DNA of 64,000 bases from Heptranchias perlo (lineage: Eukaryota). The DNA lies in contig NC_090345.1 in NCBI RefSeq assembly GCF_035084215.1, positions 23,560,001 to 23,624,000 on the forward strand, given 5' to 3'. The notes under the pieces are model-generated. The model saw only the letters and a list, made by a program, of their open reading frames with translations, was not told where the DNA came from and searched no databases. The position numbers and the translations under genes were made by a program. Positions 1 through 14,000 of this stretch are shown here, piece after piece (the first letter of the stretch is position 1; every line of letters begins with the position of its first letter).

Positions 1-389
1 GACGTGTTTCAGCCAGCAGCCAGTTGGACATTTAAATCCCGGTTTGACAGATGGGGATAAAAGGTGAGTTATTGTAGCAGGGCACTCAGTTCTCTCAGGC
101 AAACTTTTAGCTGGGAGATCTTTGTGTTTAGACTGAAAATTCTTGGTTTACACTCAGAATTGTTCTGTTTACACATATTTACCAACTTTTCGGACCTCCT
201 CAAACTGACACCATCAGGATGGGGGGGTCGCGATGGCTGTATTCACCAGTACATCCGAGGACGAGCAACATCACCAGCCTCACCAGGCACCGCGTGCACT
301 TCCGCCAATGGTAGCTCCACAACACAGTGCTGCACCACAGGCACCTGCACAAGAGCACAGAGGGCAATAACAGAGGGAGCAACGTCACA

Positions 390-1438
390 GGAGGCACTAC
401 CCTCGTCAGAGGGTCTACAGACCGAGACTCAACTTCCTGGACCTCTCTGAGGAGCAGCGCATATGGCAGCTGAGAGTGAGTCGCCAGGTGGTCGCAGACA
501 TCTGCAGCCTCCTTCATGCCGAGCTGCTCCCGGCTGGGCCGAGTGGCATCTCATTACCTGTCGCAGTTAAAGTGACCACTGCCCTCAACTTCTTCGCCTC
601 CGGATCATTCCAGGGTGACCCCGGCGACATCGCCGGGGTCTCTCTGTAGTCTGCACACAAGTGCATAAGCCAGGTCACCGAAGGCTTGTTTTGCAGAGCC
701 TCGCAATAAGTCAACTTCATCATGGATGACCTCAGCCAGACGGAGAAGGCAGTGGGATTCCACTCTTTGGCTGGCTTCCCATGTGTACAGGGTGCAATCG
801 ATTGCACGCATGTAGCAATCTGAGCACCTCCACACGAGCCAGGACTGATCATCAACAGAAAGGGGTATCACTCCATCAACACTCAGCTCGTTTGTGACCA
901 CCATAAAAGATGTCTTCACGTGTGTGCCAGATTCCCTGGCAGCTGCCATGATGCCTTCATTCTGTGGGAATCCAACATCCCGGGCCTCTTCCATGCACCG
1001 AACACCCTTAAGGGCTGGCTTCTCGGGGACAAGGGATACCCCCTGCACACGTGGCTCATGACACCTCTGAGGAACCGCATCAGCGAGCAATAGCGTCGAT
1101 ACAACGACAGCCACATCGCCACCAGGTCTATAATTGAACATGCCATAGGGCTGCTGAAGGTGCAATTTCGGTGCCTCGATCATTCTGGGGGGAGTGCTTC
1201 AATACGCACCAGCGAGAGTGGGTCACATTATAGTAGTTTGTTGTGTCCTGCACAACATGGCGCAACAGAGAGAGGTCCGGTTGAGGAGGCCCATCCCCTC
1301 ATCCACCATTCACATCTGCCATCCACATTGAGGAGGAGCAGGAGGAGGAGGAGGAGGACGAACCCATGGGCAGAGCAGCAGCTCACCTGGTTGCTCGTGA
1401 GGCCAGGGAGTCACTCATATGGGAACGGTTCTCGTAAA
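390..1438 (+). pseudogene. HARBI1-like DDE transposase with in-frame stops and a frameshift
   Basis: Manual translation gives [65 protein letters not shown] and TRSIIEHAIGLLKVQFRCLD, followed by a Glu-rich tail. Several stop codons interrupt the frame. Confidence 0.9.
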
Positions 1439-1754
1439 ATCAGAAAGTGAGAAGAGTCCAGACCTCACACCACCTGGAAAGACCAGCACCAACACCATCA
1501 CCAACCCCCACTCCCTGCACAAAACACTCCTGCAACTACACATACATCCACTGTAAAGTGACACACTGGGTGGCATCAAGTGTCGCCATTCATGATGAAG
1601 CACGTGAAAGGCGCTATCATAAAAGCCACTCATGAATAGGCAAGATGTGGCAGTAGTGGTGAGAATGATAACAATTAATGTGACTTTAACAGAAACCAAA
1701 TATAAATGAAAAACATGACAGTCGATCAGACACCCTTGTGCATACCCTTCGTAA

Positions 1755-3751
1755 TCACAAATCCTTAGCCTTTCTCTTCCTACCACTTCTACGTGGTACA
1801 TCCCCTATGGCTGCAGCAGAGGTAGTGGCAGGTTGCTCATGTTCATGCCCTGACTCCTTGGACGCTTTGGTCCTACGCCCTCCAAAGGCGGCTCCAACTG
1901 TACCTGTGCAGGGGCTGACTCGGCCACCTGGAGAGGAGGCTACATTGTGGGTACTGGTTGAGGGGGGGGCATGGGTGAGACGTGGATGCGCTTTGAGTGG
2001 CGTCCCCATTTGCTATCATCCCTCTCCTGAACCAGGCACACATTACTCCTACAACCCTGCTGGACAACAATTTGGAGGACATGTATGATGCCTTGGAAGC
2101 CCAGTTGTAAAGTTTCTGTCTGCCTGTTTAAGGTGGCAGAATGTTGTTCACCCTGAGTCTGAACGGCCGTTGTCAGGGCCTGAATGGACTCATTTGTGAG
2201 CTGTGCTTGAAGCTCAATGGAGGCTAGCCTTCTCTCCATCGCAGTCATTCCCGCACTTACCTCCGACACTATCTCAGAGATGCCCTCACGTCCCTGCGAC
2301 ACTATCTCAGAGATGCCCTCACGTCCCTGCGACACTATCTCAGAGATGCCCTCACGTCCCTGCGACACTATCTCAGAGATGCCCTCACGTCCCTGCGACA
2401 CTATCTCAGAGATGCCCTCACGTCCCTGCGACACTATCTCAGAGATGCCCTCACGTCCCTGCGACACTATCTCAGAGATTCCCTCACGTACCTGTGCCAC
2501 CATTCCACGAATGCAGGAGTTGGACTCCTCCATCCTCTGCGCTGTGGAGAGTGTGTGTGGCACCTGTTCCAGTACATTGCACATGTGCTGCTGTCCATCG
2601 ATCATTCTCCTTTTAAAGGATGACCCCCAGGGTTCAATATCTGCGTCCAGCTGAGCAGAGCCTGGAGAGGAGTGTTCCCACTGACGCAGACTCTCCGCAG
2701 CTGCCCCTGCCACCAGTGTCTGCACCTGCTCACTTGTATGTGGTAACTCATCCGTGCCAACCCAATTAACTGACTACTAAGACCCACTGAGGTGTGAGTA
2801 TCTGCGCTGGTGGATGGTTCGCTAAGATGTGACGGTACGTCCTCCGAGGCCGGCAGGTCCTCTGAGGAATCGCCCTCTCCCATCAATCCGGTCGTTGAAG
2901 GGCCAGTAAGAGAACAGAAGGCAATATTAAGCATCATCACAGGTGTGTTACGTTGCGATGAGCATACTGAGGTGTTCAACATCAATTCATCAATTCTTGT
3001 GTGTGATGAATGTTAAAGTTGTGTCATCAGATGTTTGTGGGGTGCCAGTCTCGGCGTTCCCAATGGACAGGCACTCAAGGGTGCAGCTGATCTGCAGGGC
3101 CTCCTCCTCCGCGTCTGTGAGGACCACTATTTGTGGAGGCCCCCTCCAGTCCTCTCCCTCTTGCATTCATTTTGCGCTCTCTTCTAGAAGGGGAAAAAGT
3201 ACAGACGTGTGAGTGAGTGATGGTGAAGTGGTCAGCCGATGAATGCATTGATTTGGGTGAGGCTGACCATGAAAGAGGTGCATCAGAGGGTGAGTATGAG
3301 ACAGAGACATCACATTGGATCAGGATTGTGGTGAGTGGTAGTGGTGGGGTGACAAATGGGGAGGTGAGGAAGTGCAGATAAGTTGAGGATGAGCCTTAAG
3401 TGGGTGTGAGGAGTGATGTGATGGAGTAGTCTTGGCAGTGCAGAATGAGTTGGGGGGTTGGGGGGCGATGATGTGGAACACAGATGTAGGAGAATCAGTA
3501 AGTGTACTCACTTTTGCTGACCTAGTTAGGTCATTGAAACGCTTACTGCACTGGATCCAGGTGCAGGAGATGTTGCTGCTGCTGGTGACCTCCTCTGCAA
3601 CCTCAAGCCAGGCCTTCTTGAGGGCAGAGGCAGAGCACTTCCTCCTATCGGCTGGGTAAAACAGTTCCCTCCTCCTCCTCACCCCGGCCAGCTGCAGCTG
3701 AAGTGAGGAGTCACGGAACCTTGGAGCAGCCTTGCCCCTGTGCTGCTCCAT
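1755..3751 (-). pseudogene. Spliced Myb/SANT-like DNA-binding protein gene of the Harbinger element
   Basis: Exon 1 (3751-3512) reads MEQHRGKAAPRF...KKAWLEVAEEV...TWIQCSKRFNDLTRSAK and is followed by a GTGAGT donor. Downstream segments are coiled-coil-like (ORF 1940-2725), with a basic C-terminus PRRSGRKRKAKDL. Internal exon limits are approximate. Confidence 0.8.
2264..2494. repeat. 33-bp tandem repeat, 7 copies, inside the Myb-gene coding region
   Basis: Unit CGACACTATCTCAGAGATGCCCTCACGTCCCTG, repeated without spacers; encodes QGREGISEIVS on the - strand. Confidence 0.97.
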
Positions 3752-4010
3752 TGTGTGGTTTTGGTCTTTGCTCCAGCAAAAGCCATTGGAGCAATGGCCC
3801 TTTAAATAGAGATTCTCCAGCTGACAGCCTGTCATGCGGGTGCGCAGTCCATCCTCTGTGCAGCTTTCGGACAGCAAACCCGGAAGTCATGTTAAGGGCC
3901 ATCAATTAACTCGTGATCACGTGGGGAACGGTAAGATTTTAGTATCCGGGTTTGCCGCGTGCCCATTGACCCCCTCCGCTGCCATCCCGCCGCCATTTCA
4001 AAATTGAGCT

Positions 4011-4890
4011 CAAAGAGTCTGCAAAGGGATATAGATAGATTAAGTGAGAGGGCAAGAAGGTAGCAGATGGATTATAATGTGAGGAAATGTGAGGTTATTC
4101 ATTTTGGTAGGCAGAATAGAAAAACAGAATTTTTTAAATGATGAGAAACTATTAAATGTTGGTGTTCAGAGGGATTTGGGTATCCTTGTACATGAAACAC
4201 AGAAAGTTAACATGCATGTACAGCAAACAAATAGGAAGGCAAATGGTATATAGGCCTTTATTGCAGGGGGATTAGAGTACAAGAGTAAGGAAGTCTTGTT
4301 GCAATTGTACAGGGCTTTGGTGAGACCACACCTGGAGTACTGTGTACAGTTTTGGTCTCCTTACCTAAGGAAGGATCTACTTGCCTTAGAGGTGGTGCAA
4401 CAAAGGTTCACTAGATTGATTCCTGGGATGAGAGGGTTGCCCTATGAGAGATTGAGTAGAATGGGCCTATACTCTCTAGAGTTTAGAAGAATGAGAGATG
4501 ATCTCATTGAAACATATAAGATTCTGAGAGAGCTTGACAGGGTAGATGCTGAGAGGTTGTTTCCTCTGGCTGGACAGTTTAGAACTAGGGGGCACAGTCT
4601 CAGGATAAGGGGTCGGCCATTTAGGACTGAGATGAGGAGGAATTTCTTCACTCAGAGGGTTGTGATTCTTTGGAACTCTCTACCCCAGCGGGCTGTGGAT
4701 GCTCAGTCATTGAATATATTCAAGGCTGAGATTGATAAATTTTTGGATTCTAAGGAAATCAAGGAATATGGGGATCAGGCGGGAAAGTGGAGATAAGGTT
4801 GAAGATCAGCCATGGTCTTATTGAATGGTGGAGCTGGCTCGAGGGGCCGTATGGTCTACTCCTGCTCTTATTTCTTATGTTCTTATGTTC
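4011..4890 (+). mobile_element. CR1-clade LINE, 5'-truncated
   Basis: ORF2 C-terminus LYRALVRPHLEYCVQFWSP...RRNFFTQRVV; 3' tail of TTCTTATG repeats. Confidence 0.93.
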
Positions 4891-7800
4891 GTATCTTAAT
4901 CTGGACCGTGCACACCAGAGCAAAGGCAGTTAGCACTGGATGCTGGGTGAATCCCAGTGCTTGCAATCTATGGTTTAGATTAGGATGTTAAAGACATGTC
5001 CTGTGGGCCAGATCCAGACCACAAGCTCCCAATTTCCAGTCAACAAAGCCCTGGGTCAGTTTTTTTCTATTTGCACATTTGCATTTAGACCAAAGAGGAA
5101 GCAAACTTTTTCCACCAATGAGGCAGCAGTCTTTACCAATCCTGCAGGTTACAAAGCTCAAAACACTGCAAACCACAAAAGGAAACCTACTTAAGAAGAA
5201 AAGGACGAGGACCTCCTGTTTGACTAATGTTGCTGAATGGCTTTGGTTGCCTGCTATTCATTGAAGTAGCAAGTATTTTGAACATGTGATGTATTTGTAT
5301 ATTTGTTATATTTAATGTTTGACCTGCCAGAGATCAGGTGGTGGTGAGGATTGCACAAGAGGAGTGTTTGGAGGTAGAACAGATCAAGCATGGCAGCAAC
5401 AGACAGCAACAGAACGAGTAGACCAGGTGATGAAAAGACAGTGGTCAGTGATGGAACAGACAGACCTGACCAGACCAGGGAGAGGACAGAACCATATGAA
5501 CCAGGGCTACAGAGAGTGAGGAACATCAGCCAGCAGAAAAAGTAAGCAAGGAACAGGCTGTCAAACAATTTTACTAAATGGGACTCTGACTTTTATAACA
5601 TATGGGCATCCTAATTTTTTTGATGAGCGTCAATGGAAAATAGTGCACATGGTGTTGTCGACAGTCACATAACCTGTGATATTTAGAATGCTTTAGTTTC
5701 TAATAATGATTCTGGCTGACCACAAGTTGTTAAATCACCCTCTAGTTATGACACATGGATCCAGAACCCCGCTCCATTCGGTTGGACACCCCTAGCTTAG
5801 ATCTCATAACAGCTGAACCAGGTACTTTCCAGGGAAGGTACACTGACAATTGCTAACTACCATTAGATGGGCTTTGATGCTGTTAGCAATGAAGGACACT
5901 TTTTGGTGGACATCCAGCAAAAGGTGGAGCACGGCTATTGGTAATTATCAACTAACAATGCATATGCTAACGTGGTCAATAAAGGCCCCTGAAAGGAAAA
6001 GGAACCAGGTGCCAGCTTAGGGTGTGCACCAAAGTTGCTTGCAAAATTAAACATGACCAAGTTAGCAATGAGCCATCTCCACTGTTTACCCACATCTGAA
6101 ACCATGGGAAACTTCTGCAACAGGTGTAATTCAATGCCACTTAGTTGACTAGGCATGCTAAGTTTGATACAAAGTGTACTTCAATACTAACAACCAATGC
6201 TTTCTCTGTACAGAATGATGGGCTCTGATGGTGATGACAAAGTTAATTCAGATTGGTAACAACTTTGATGTCACCACCAAGCTACAGACTAAGATTGGTT
6301 CTGGGTAAGTTCCATTGCTTATCATCTAGCCGAATTTCAGGGAGTGGGGCTGTTAGAAGTGACAGGGTTTGGATGACAAAAACTGGTATTTTGTGGGTGG
6401 ATGTTGATGCTGATATGATTATTAATCATGGACAAAATGTGCCTAAGTACAATAAGGCCGGGTTCAGGTAACCTCCCACGTGTTTGTTGGGGCACAGAGC
6501 GTGTCAACAGAGGAAACCAATAGCCCGTATCAAAATCAATCATGAAAAGTATTAGAGCTTGTAGCAGGCCTTAGTGTTGTAACTCAGAAGTCTTCATGAT
6601 ATCAATAGGCAAGAATGGGATATTTTCACTTTGAGGGTTCTTAATCCCTAGGTAGGAGAGAAACTAGGATTATATTAGTGCACCAAGGTGAGACAATCAG
6701 ACCTCATGGGTTGGGGTTACATTCCAGTCAATCAGCTGAACAGCTGAATTTCAGAAGTGGGGGGTGGGGAGGAATCTAGGTAGACAGCCAGAAGGAAGAA
6801 AATATAAATTCCCAGACTGAATAGATGGGGATGAAACTTATAGATGTGAACTCTGTTTGAGTAATGTAAAGGATGTAGTTTGAGGAGTTCTGGAGGAACT
6901 GGGTTTCCTTCAAATCAGTTTTTGGAGCTGAGGCAGGGGCAAAAAGGGAGACCAGGATGGAGAACATTCAACGCAAGAGCACAAATCTGGGCATCAACCC
7001 CTCTAGCCCCTTTGTGCTCTTAGAAACTTAATTCCATAAAAGTTTGGAGAATAAAGAGCGGAAAGGATAAATCTTAACATAGAAGAGTGTATCTGAGGGC
7101 AGAGAAAAACCAGAAAGAGCAAAATGGCCTAACAGAGAGCAATTAAGGTCAAATAAGGATTAGAAAGGCTCAGTAAAGCCTATCTGAATGAAAGACTTGA
7201 AAGTGACAACCTAACACCTAGAAAAATAATAGATCTTGTATTCTAGTATTACATTTAAGAACAGGCATTGCTATACCAAGTATTTCTGATTTCCAAACTA
7301 AAGATTAGGAAACCTAATTATAGAAGTCTCTAATAAGCAATCTTGTGTATAATATTAGATTTAAGTAATGGATATATAAACACAGGCCAATATTTCGGGC
7401 TAGCGATTTTTAGTTTATAGCAGATTAATATTTGTCCAGCCCTACAAATTATCCTACAGTTAAGTTTATTGGCACAGTGGATCCAGACGTACAGCACCAA
7501 GAAAATTAAAAACTAGCAACTCAGGAGTGATTCATTGATCTTAAGAATATCCAGGTGTTGCACATAGTAAGAACTTGCATTTAAATAGAACCTTTTGTGT
7601 CTTTTAGAAATTCCAAAGGACTTGATAGCCAATTAATTACTTGTGATTTGCAGTCACTTGTTATGTAAGCAAGCTGTGGATAATGTGAGTATCAAGAGTA
7701 AAGAAGTAGTGTCAGACAACAATTCTTTGGTGTCTGGGAAGTAAGGCCCCATATGTGCACAGAAGGTACGGTAAAATGCTGGATCGCAAACCCAACCTCG

Positions 7801-8599
7801 AAATACAGGGGATAAAAGTAGACAGAATTACCCTTATGGTAGATGTACCTCTTAAAGCTGTTACAGTGCTTGACAGAGCCTTTACCCCACTACTACTAGA
7901 TAGAGGACCCATTTAAAGAGAGAGGGAAACTAGATCTCACAAATAGTTAAAAGAAACAGTTAATTGAATTAAATGCTATATGTACAGTCCATCTCTATCC
8001 ATAGTGTCACAGAATGAGTTTTCCTTTGACCTATTCCTACACTGAAATGAACCAATTCGGCTACCAGACTGTAAAAGTGACTTATTTTGATTCCTACTTA
8101 GTATAATATCTTTGAGAATAGATCTCTGTTTTACTGCTCACAGGTTATTTATTTTTGTCTTGCACTTTCTTGCCAAAATTATTGTTGAGTATGACTCCCC
8201 ACTCTCCATTCATTTAAAAAATGTGTTGCCTTTGTGACTGAAACTATTCCAAAAGCAGGAGGCTGTGTTTACATCAAGAAACAAATCAATTGCAGGGCTT
8301 CACAAACCAATAACAAATGAGAGCACCATTGTTGATTACAATTCCGATATTATTATAGGTAAACTTATGAGCTTACAATAGCATGGCTGTTTTTACAGTG
8401 GTTTACTAAGCCATCATGTTTATTGGATATGTTTATTTCATAAAACAGTAAATGTATATCATAAATAGAATGCTGACTTCATTAATGAAAAACCTGAATA
8501 ACTAACGAGAACCAGATAAATGGTTATTTACTTGTGAAATTGAGATTCCAATCCAGATTGTGAATGATTCTGTTCAGGTAGCCAATGGGAACAGAGGAA

Positions 8600-9605
8600 A
8601 ATAATAATACCTGGAAAAGGTCATTGGATCAACAAGTTAATCTTAACCCCATTTTGCTGCCTTCTCAACATCTATCTCAATTTTTTCTTTCTCCAGAAAT
8701 ATATCTTGTTTTTTGAAACCATGTATAATAATCGCTTCAATGGTTTTTCCTGGTAACATATTCCATATGTGTATTACCCTTAGTATGAAATAATTCTGTC
8801 TGAAATCCCCATTTACTCCTAATTTCCTCATTTTAAAATTCTGATCCCCACTTTCTGAACCTTTCATCAGTGTGAACAATTTATCTGGATCAACTTTACT
8901 AAACCCCTTCATAATTTTGAAAACTTCTATAAGGTCACCGTGAAATCTCTTTTCCAGCTTCCTTAACCTTACCTTGTTACTTAGTGAATCATTTCTCCTG
9001 TCTGTAATTTTGTGAAAAAAGTAGCATGAGTACAAAACCCATGCTGACTTTTTAAAATTATTGAAGTGAGGACTTTTACCCCCCTCCCACCTGGTATAAT
9101 TTTTGTTGCCCTACACCTGAGGACAGTAATAGCCTACGATATAGTGAACAATACTGCACACAGTACACCAGATGAGATTTAACCAGCACCTTTGATAATA
9201 ACATCACCTCACAGATAATACCCTAGTTTCTCTGCAACTGCAATCTGGTACCTTGTTTGCTTTTATTCCATAACATCTATACACTAGGTTGATAATTCAG
9301 TGATTTTTGTTTCCACAATAATATTCCAATCCCTTTCTTGATCGATAAGCTGCATGACTGTTCATGAAGTACATTGATCAGAAAAGGGATTGGAGAACTA
9401 TTGTGGAGGAAAAAATCATTGAATTGTCAGATCTGAGTCAGGATGTTGTGGGTGAAAAGCAAGCAAGGTACAGGGTTGCACTAGGGGAATAGAGTATAAA
9501 ACAAGAGGTGATGTTACTATTGAAGGTGCTGGTTAGACCTCATCTGGGGTACTGGGTGCAGTATTGCTCATTATATCATAGGGATGATATTATTGTCTTC
9601 AGGCA
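8600..9605. mobile_element. Old CR1 fragment (-) with a fold-back inverted copy of its 5' part
   Basis: ORF 8643-9035 (-) has GDLIEVFKIMKG...RQNYFILRVIHIWNMLP. Segments 9115-9355 and 9363-9605 are diverged inverted copies of the RGIEYK...VLVRPHL region. Confidence 0.75.
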
Positions 9606-10460
9606 TACTTTGTACCTTGGTTTATTGCTTTAAAATGAATTATTTTACATTGTCTATATTGAACTTGGACTTTTATCCCATAGAATATGTTTTTTATTCT
9701 ATGCCAGGTGGAAAATGGCATCACAATTTGGTCAAACAATAAATATTCTTTTCTTTCTGTATAGTTGAAATGGTTAATTTTAAAAATATATTTATATTGG
9801 TTGCTGTCCAAAAACTACACATTTTTGCCAGTTGCCTAACTTAATAATGAAAGAAGTCCATGCTTGTTTGGGACCAAAACAATCCTTGAAATTTAATACT
9901 TAATCTTCATTTAGGAGTTTTTCAAATTAGCAGACAGATGTGTACACAGTGAGGTGACAGCTCAATTTGATAAATGAGAAGTCTCTTTTATCCATACGAG
10001 TATTGTAAATGCACAATACTCAGTAATATTGGAAATGCTAATTTAATCTACTCAGAATAAAAACTTTCATTACATGTTTGTGGTTTTGTCACGTGAGTTA
10101 TCAAGTCTCTCTCCCTTGTGAAATAAATTGGATATTCCATTGTTCTCTATTATAAATCCTTTATTTACACACACTGCATTACTTTATGGTAAAATATGAT
10201 ATTTTCTATAATCATTTTATTTAATATTCCACATAGACAATAGTTCTAATAGCAATTCAGGAAAAAACGTTCAGTTGATGTACTTAATCTTTGCTCATCA
10301 TAGCATCTGAAGCCTGAACTTTAGTGTCAATGATGGCCTTGCAGAGTAAGTACAGAAGTGTCAGACTTTCCACTGATGCTACTGAGACAATGGCAGTGAC
10401 TACAAATCATCCAGAAAAAGTCACATCATTGGTGATTAATACTTTAAGAGAATGAACCAT

Positions 10461-11064
10461 GGCCTAGAAATTATTTCATGTCCGACTTGGGGCATCAACC
10501 CAATGGTGGCTTTGAACCGCCGCGCCGAAACTGAAGTGCAAGAGGACCGTGCAAAATTGACCCTCTTGCCAGTCGCGCCCCAAGAGGCAGTGCACCAGTT
10601 TTGAAAAGGACGAAAGTTGACTGGCGAAGATGCCAGCACTGGGCCCACGTTAAGTCCGGGAGGGTGGGAGAGATCTCTGGGGAGGTGAACAGTATTAATA
10701 TGGAGCCTTGTGGGACATTCCTGCTCCTCCTGGCTCCACATTCAGGCAGCCTCCAGCAGTCACTTTAAAGACAGCTGGTTTGGGTGCATTTCGCCTGATA
10801 AAACTGACTGCAGCTTGCATGGTGCATGCTGCGGTCAGTCGGGAACCAATTCATAAAGGGGCCTGAAATGGAAATTAGGTCCCTGATTTGGATGTGCAAT
10901 GGACCTAAGGCCAGTTTCAGGTGGGCGCCCTGAATGACTAGAGGGTACTATAACCAATATGGCGTGCAGTGCATAGCTGGCATGGAATGAGTGCGGCATA
11001 CTGAATACCATATTGGACCCTTCAACACCCATTTTTTTGCTGCACAATCCAAATTTCAAGGTCC
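10461..11064. mobile_element. Non-autonomous TIR element (MITE-like, probably Harbinger-related)
   Basis: Ends GGCCTAGAAATT and AATTTCAAGGTCC form imperfect inverted repeats; GC-richer body in AT-rich flanks; no recognisable protein. Confidence 0.55.
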
Positions 11065-14000
11065 ATAAACTAGATTTTCCACACAATATGAGGTTTTCAC
11101 AGAATTTGTCTTAGCAATAGTTAAAAGATAAACAAATTGTGTCTTTTAGTCTTGATCTTAGAAATCTACCGAAAAATAGTGGGTTTAATGCCAGGAGAAT
11201 CCCAAATACCCAAAATGAACTTGCTAACAGCCCACAAGAATGCACAATCATTCCTTTAATAGAAATCACTGACCAAATCCTTTCTCATATACTATTTGTC
11301 ATTTTCAGCATAAGATGATCAATATCTTGGCTTTGAAATATATAATATATTATAACTGTCACAATAAGTTACATCATCTAGAAGTGATCATTTTTGAAGC
11401 GTAAAGCACAATGTTGGCTAATATTAGATATAAAAGTTCAGTAGATTTTATTTTTTTTAAAAAGAAAAGTGGGGAGAGCAGCTGTTGAAACAATGCTGTA
11501 TTATTATTCCCCTCACAACTGCCTTGAGAACTTTTCATAATCCGAAGCTATTGTTGTGCCACCAATTTAGTGCCAAATTTGTGCTGGTAGTTGAATAAAT
11601 TTGGTACGCTCGGAAAGGTGTGGTCCACAGCACCTTGCATGGCAGTCTTACTACAAAATGGCAATGTGCCTGCTAGAGCCGATACAGTGTCGTAAGAATT
11701 TGTTCTACTTAAAGGAGTATCCCAGACCAGACTCATGACAGTAATTAGATTTCGCTGTGTGCTGAGAGGTAAATAGGCCAGGCACATTTAATACCCTTGT
11801 TTCCTCCAAATCCTGAAGCAACAGTATGTACGCACAGGCACAATACGAGCTTGTACATGGGAAGTGGCATTCAGAGGAAACAGGAGCATGACTGACTATG
11901 GATAAGTGCAACCTTGTGGGTGCAAATGATACGGATCATGGAATGCCCTCTGACTCACATGGTGTGGTATCCATTATGCTATTGTTACGACTGGAATAGC
12001 AGCCTGGAACTTCACTAAAATGTGCTACCATGTACATTTTAAAGCAACATTTGTTAACAGGCAACTTGAATAGATTATGTTTTGTACAGAAGAAAATCTG
12101 CAATAGCTATGAGAACATTGGTAGCTGAAAAACAATAACATTTACAGCAATGTTTTTTCTGTCTGTACTCAGGGAAGGGAGAAAGGAGGGACGGATGTGT
12201 TTGAAGCCTGTAAGGATCCCAACTTATAACTTGGATTTTTATAGGGTTTTTGTTTGCCAGTGGTTTCTATCTGCTGCTAATATGCTCCTGCAAAAATTGG
12301 TGTTGATTTTTTTTCTCACAGAGTCTTACAAAAATGTAATGAGGTACAAAACTGATTAACCAGATAATTTTGATGAGATGAGGGGTTATGCACTGGCTAT
12401 CAAATTGTAATATTATTTATTAAAAAATTATATATACAGAATAGTTTCATTTCTGAGAAAAAAACATTTTAGTACAAACACATCCACCACATGACATCAT
12501 ATACTTTCAGGCCCTCCTTCATTATTACCAATTGCCCTTTTAACTATGTGACACTACTGTACCAATTTTAATGGGTCTACATAAAATAAAAAAAAGTCAA
12601 AAACAAATTTGTTCTTTAGCAACATCAATCTATACAAAGAAGAATATGAAATTGTTGTTGATTAATTTAAGACTCCTTGGGTCCTGATTTGGGCCACTTC
12701 TGCACTGCCACCCAGGTTCACAGTTGCCTTTGCTCCACTCTCTGGACTAACCTCATACCGTACTCTGCTCTGCTTCCAACAGCCAATGCCAGAGGACATC
12801 TACTAGTGTGTATAAAATAAACAAAGAATATGCAGTTGTGATGTTGAGTTTAACGGTCTGTTAGTTTTTGTTATTAGAAGCCTAGGTTTATAAGATCTAT
12901 AGGCCATATTTTTCTCTCCAGTTTTTTTTAATGAAAAGTATCTGTGTTTAAATAGGTGTGCCGTATCAGTAAATGCCACTAACAAGCTATTCATCTGTGT
13001 TTGTCACCACTCTGAAGATTGTTCCTATCCAAAATTTGAAAAGTAGCAAAATGAAGAAAAGCTTTTTGCTTGTTCAGCTTGTTAAAAGCAATTGGACAAA
13101 TTGAGCAGAATTATGTAGGGGAGGAGGTGATAAATGAAAGTAAATATTGAGCTCCAAGTCAAACTTACCATTTGTGAGCTTAACCTATGGGAATATTTCA
13201 AAATATCAACACAGCTGCAGTTATAGTGGAAAGATAAGCAAGAGATCACTTGCATAATGAGAGACAAAGAACAACAAATCTGATCATCAGTTGCAAACAT
13301 ATAAAATGGCTTTTGAAATTTGTAATTACGGTGCTGTTTATGCTTCCACTGTTTGTGTTGATCCTGTACAAAGCATGTCCCGTGGAAAGTGAAGGAGACT
13401 CAGACCTGTGTCCCCTCCAATTCATTGTAACTCTGAGTTCCCATAATCTACTTTTCCAAGTTTGCTTTGCTGTTTTTTTCCCACCATCCCTTCATAATAC
13501 AATATTTGCCAGCCTCACTTCAAAGACCCTGAAGATCTGGTATGTCACCACTTTAAACCCTATTCACATGTTTTTCTTTTTGAATATCTCAGCAGTCACA
13601 TGGTAACTTATTTTTTACAATATCAGGCTATATTTTTTTTAATAGATTAATGACCTGATTTTGTTATTTTACAGTAAAAACATATGAGGTAACCATGTGC
13701 AGCATATGGTTAAATTTCCAACATGTGCAGAACCTTGCCCATCAGAAGCACTTATTGTAAATTCAGGTGTGCTGCTCAACCATTTCACAAAAAGGATTGT
13801 GCATTGCATATTGCCATGTCACAGACTTTTCTCTATTTATATTAGTTAGGTGACTCATTATCTGTTTGAGAAATGTTAAAGTATTATTAATATCAGGTGT
13901 GTTGTGATTAGCTGAGTTCCTACTAATACAATTGCATTATATGGAATTGCCTATTTAAAAATTGTGCACACCTTCCATTTTGTTAGCAGTTGAAATAATT

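Larger units (their letters stand above)
1..4010. mobile_element. Harbinger/PIF DNA transposon, decayed two-gene element; left end outside the window
   Basis: Convergent HARBI1-like transposase (+) and Myb/SANT-like gene (-). The right end ...CAAAATTGAGC at ~4000-4010 resembles a terminal inverted repeat and abuts a CR1 fragment. Confidence 0.85.

Noticed and set aside
390-1438. Host HARBI1 gene
   Set aside because: It has multiple stops, is paired with a Myb gene inside a transposon, and related decayed copies occur nearby.
2264-2494. CRISPR-like array (33-bp periodicity)
   Set aside because: Units are contiguous with no unique spacers, there are no cas genes, and the context is eukaryotic.
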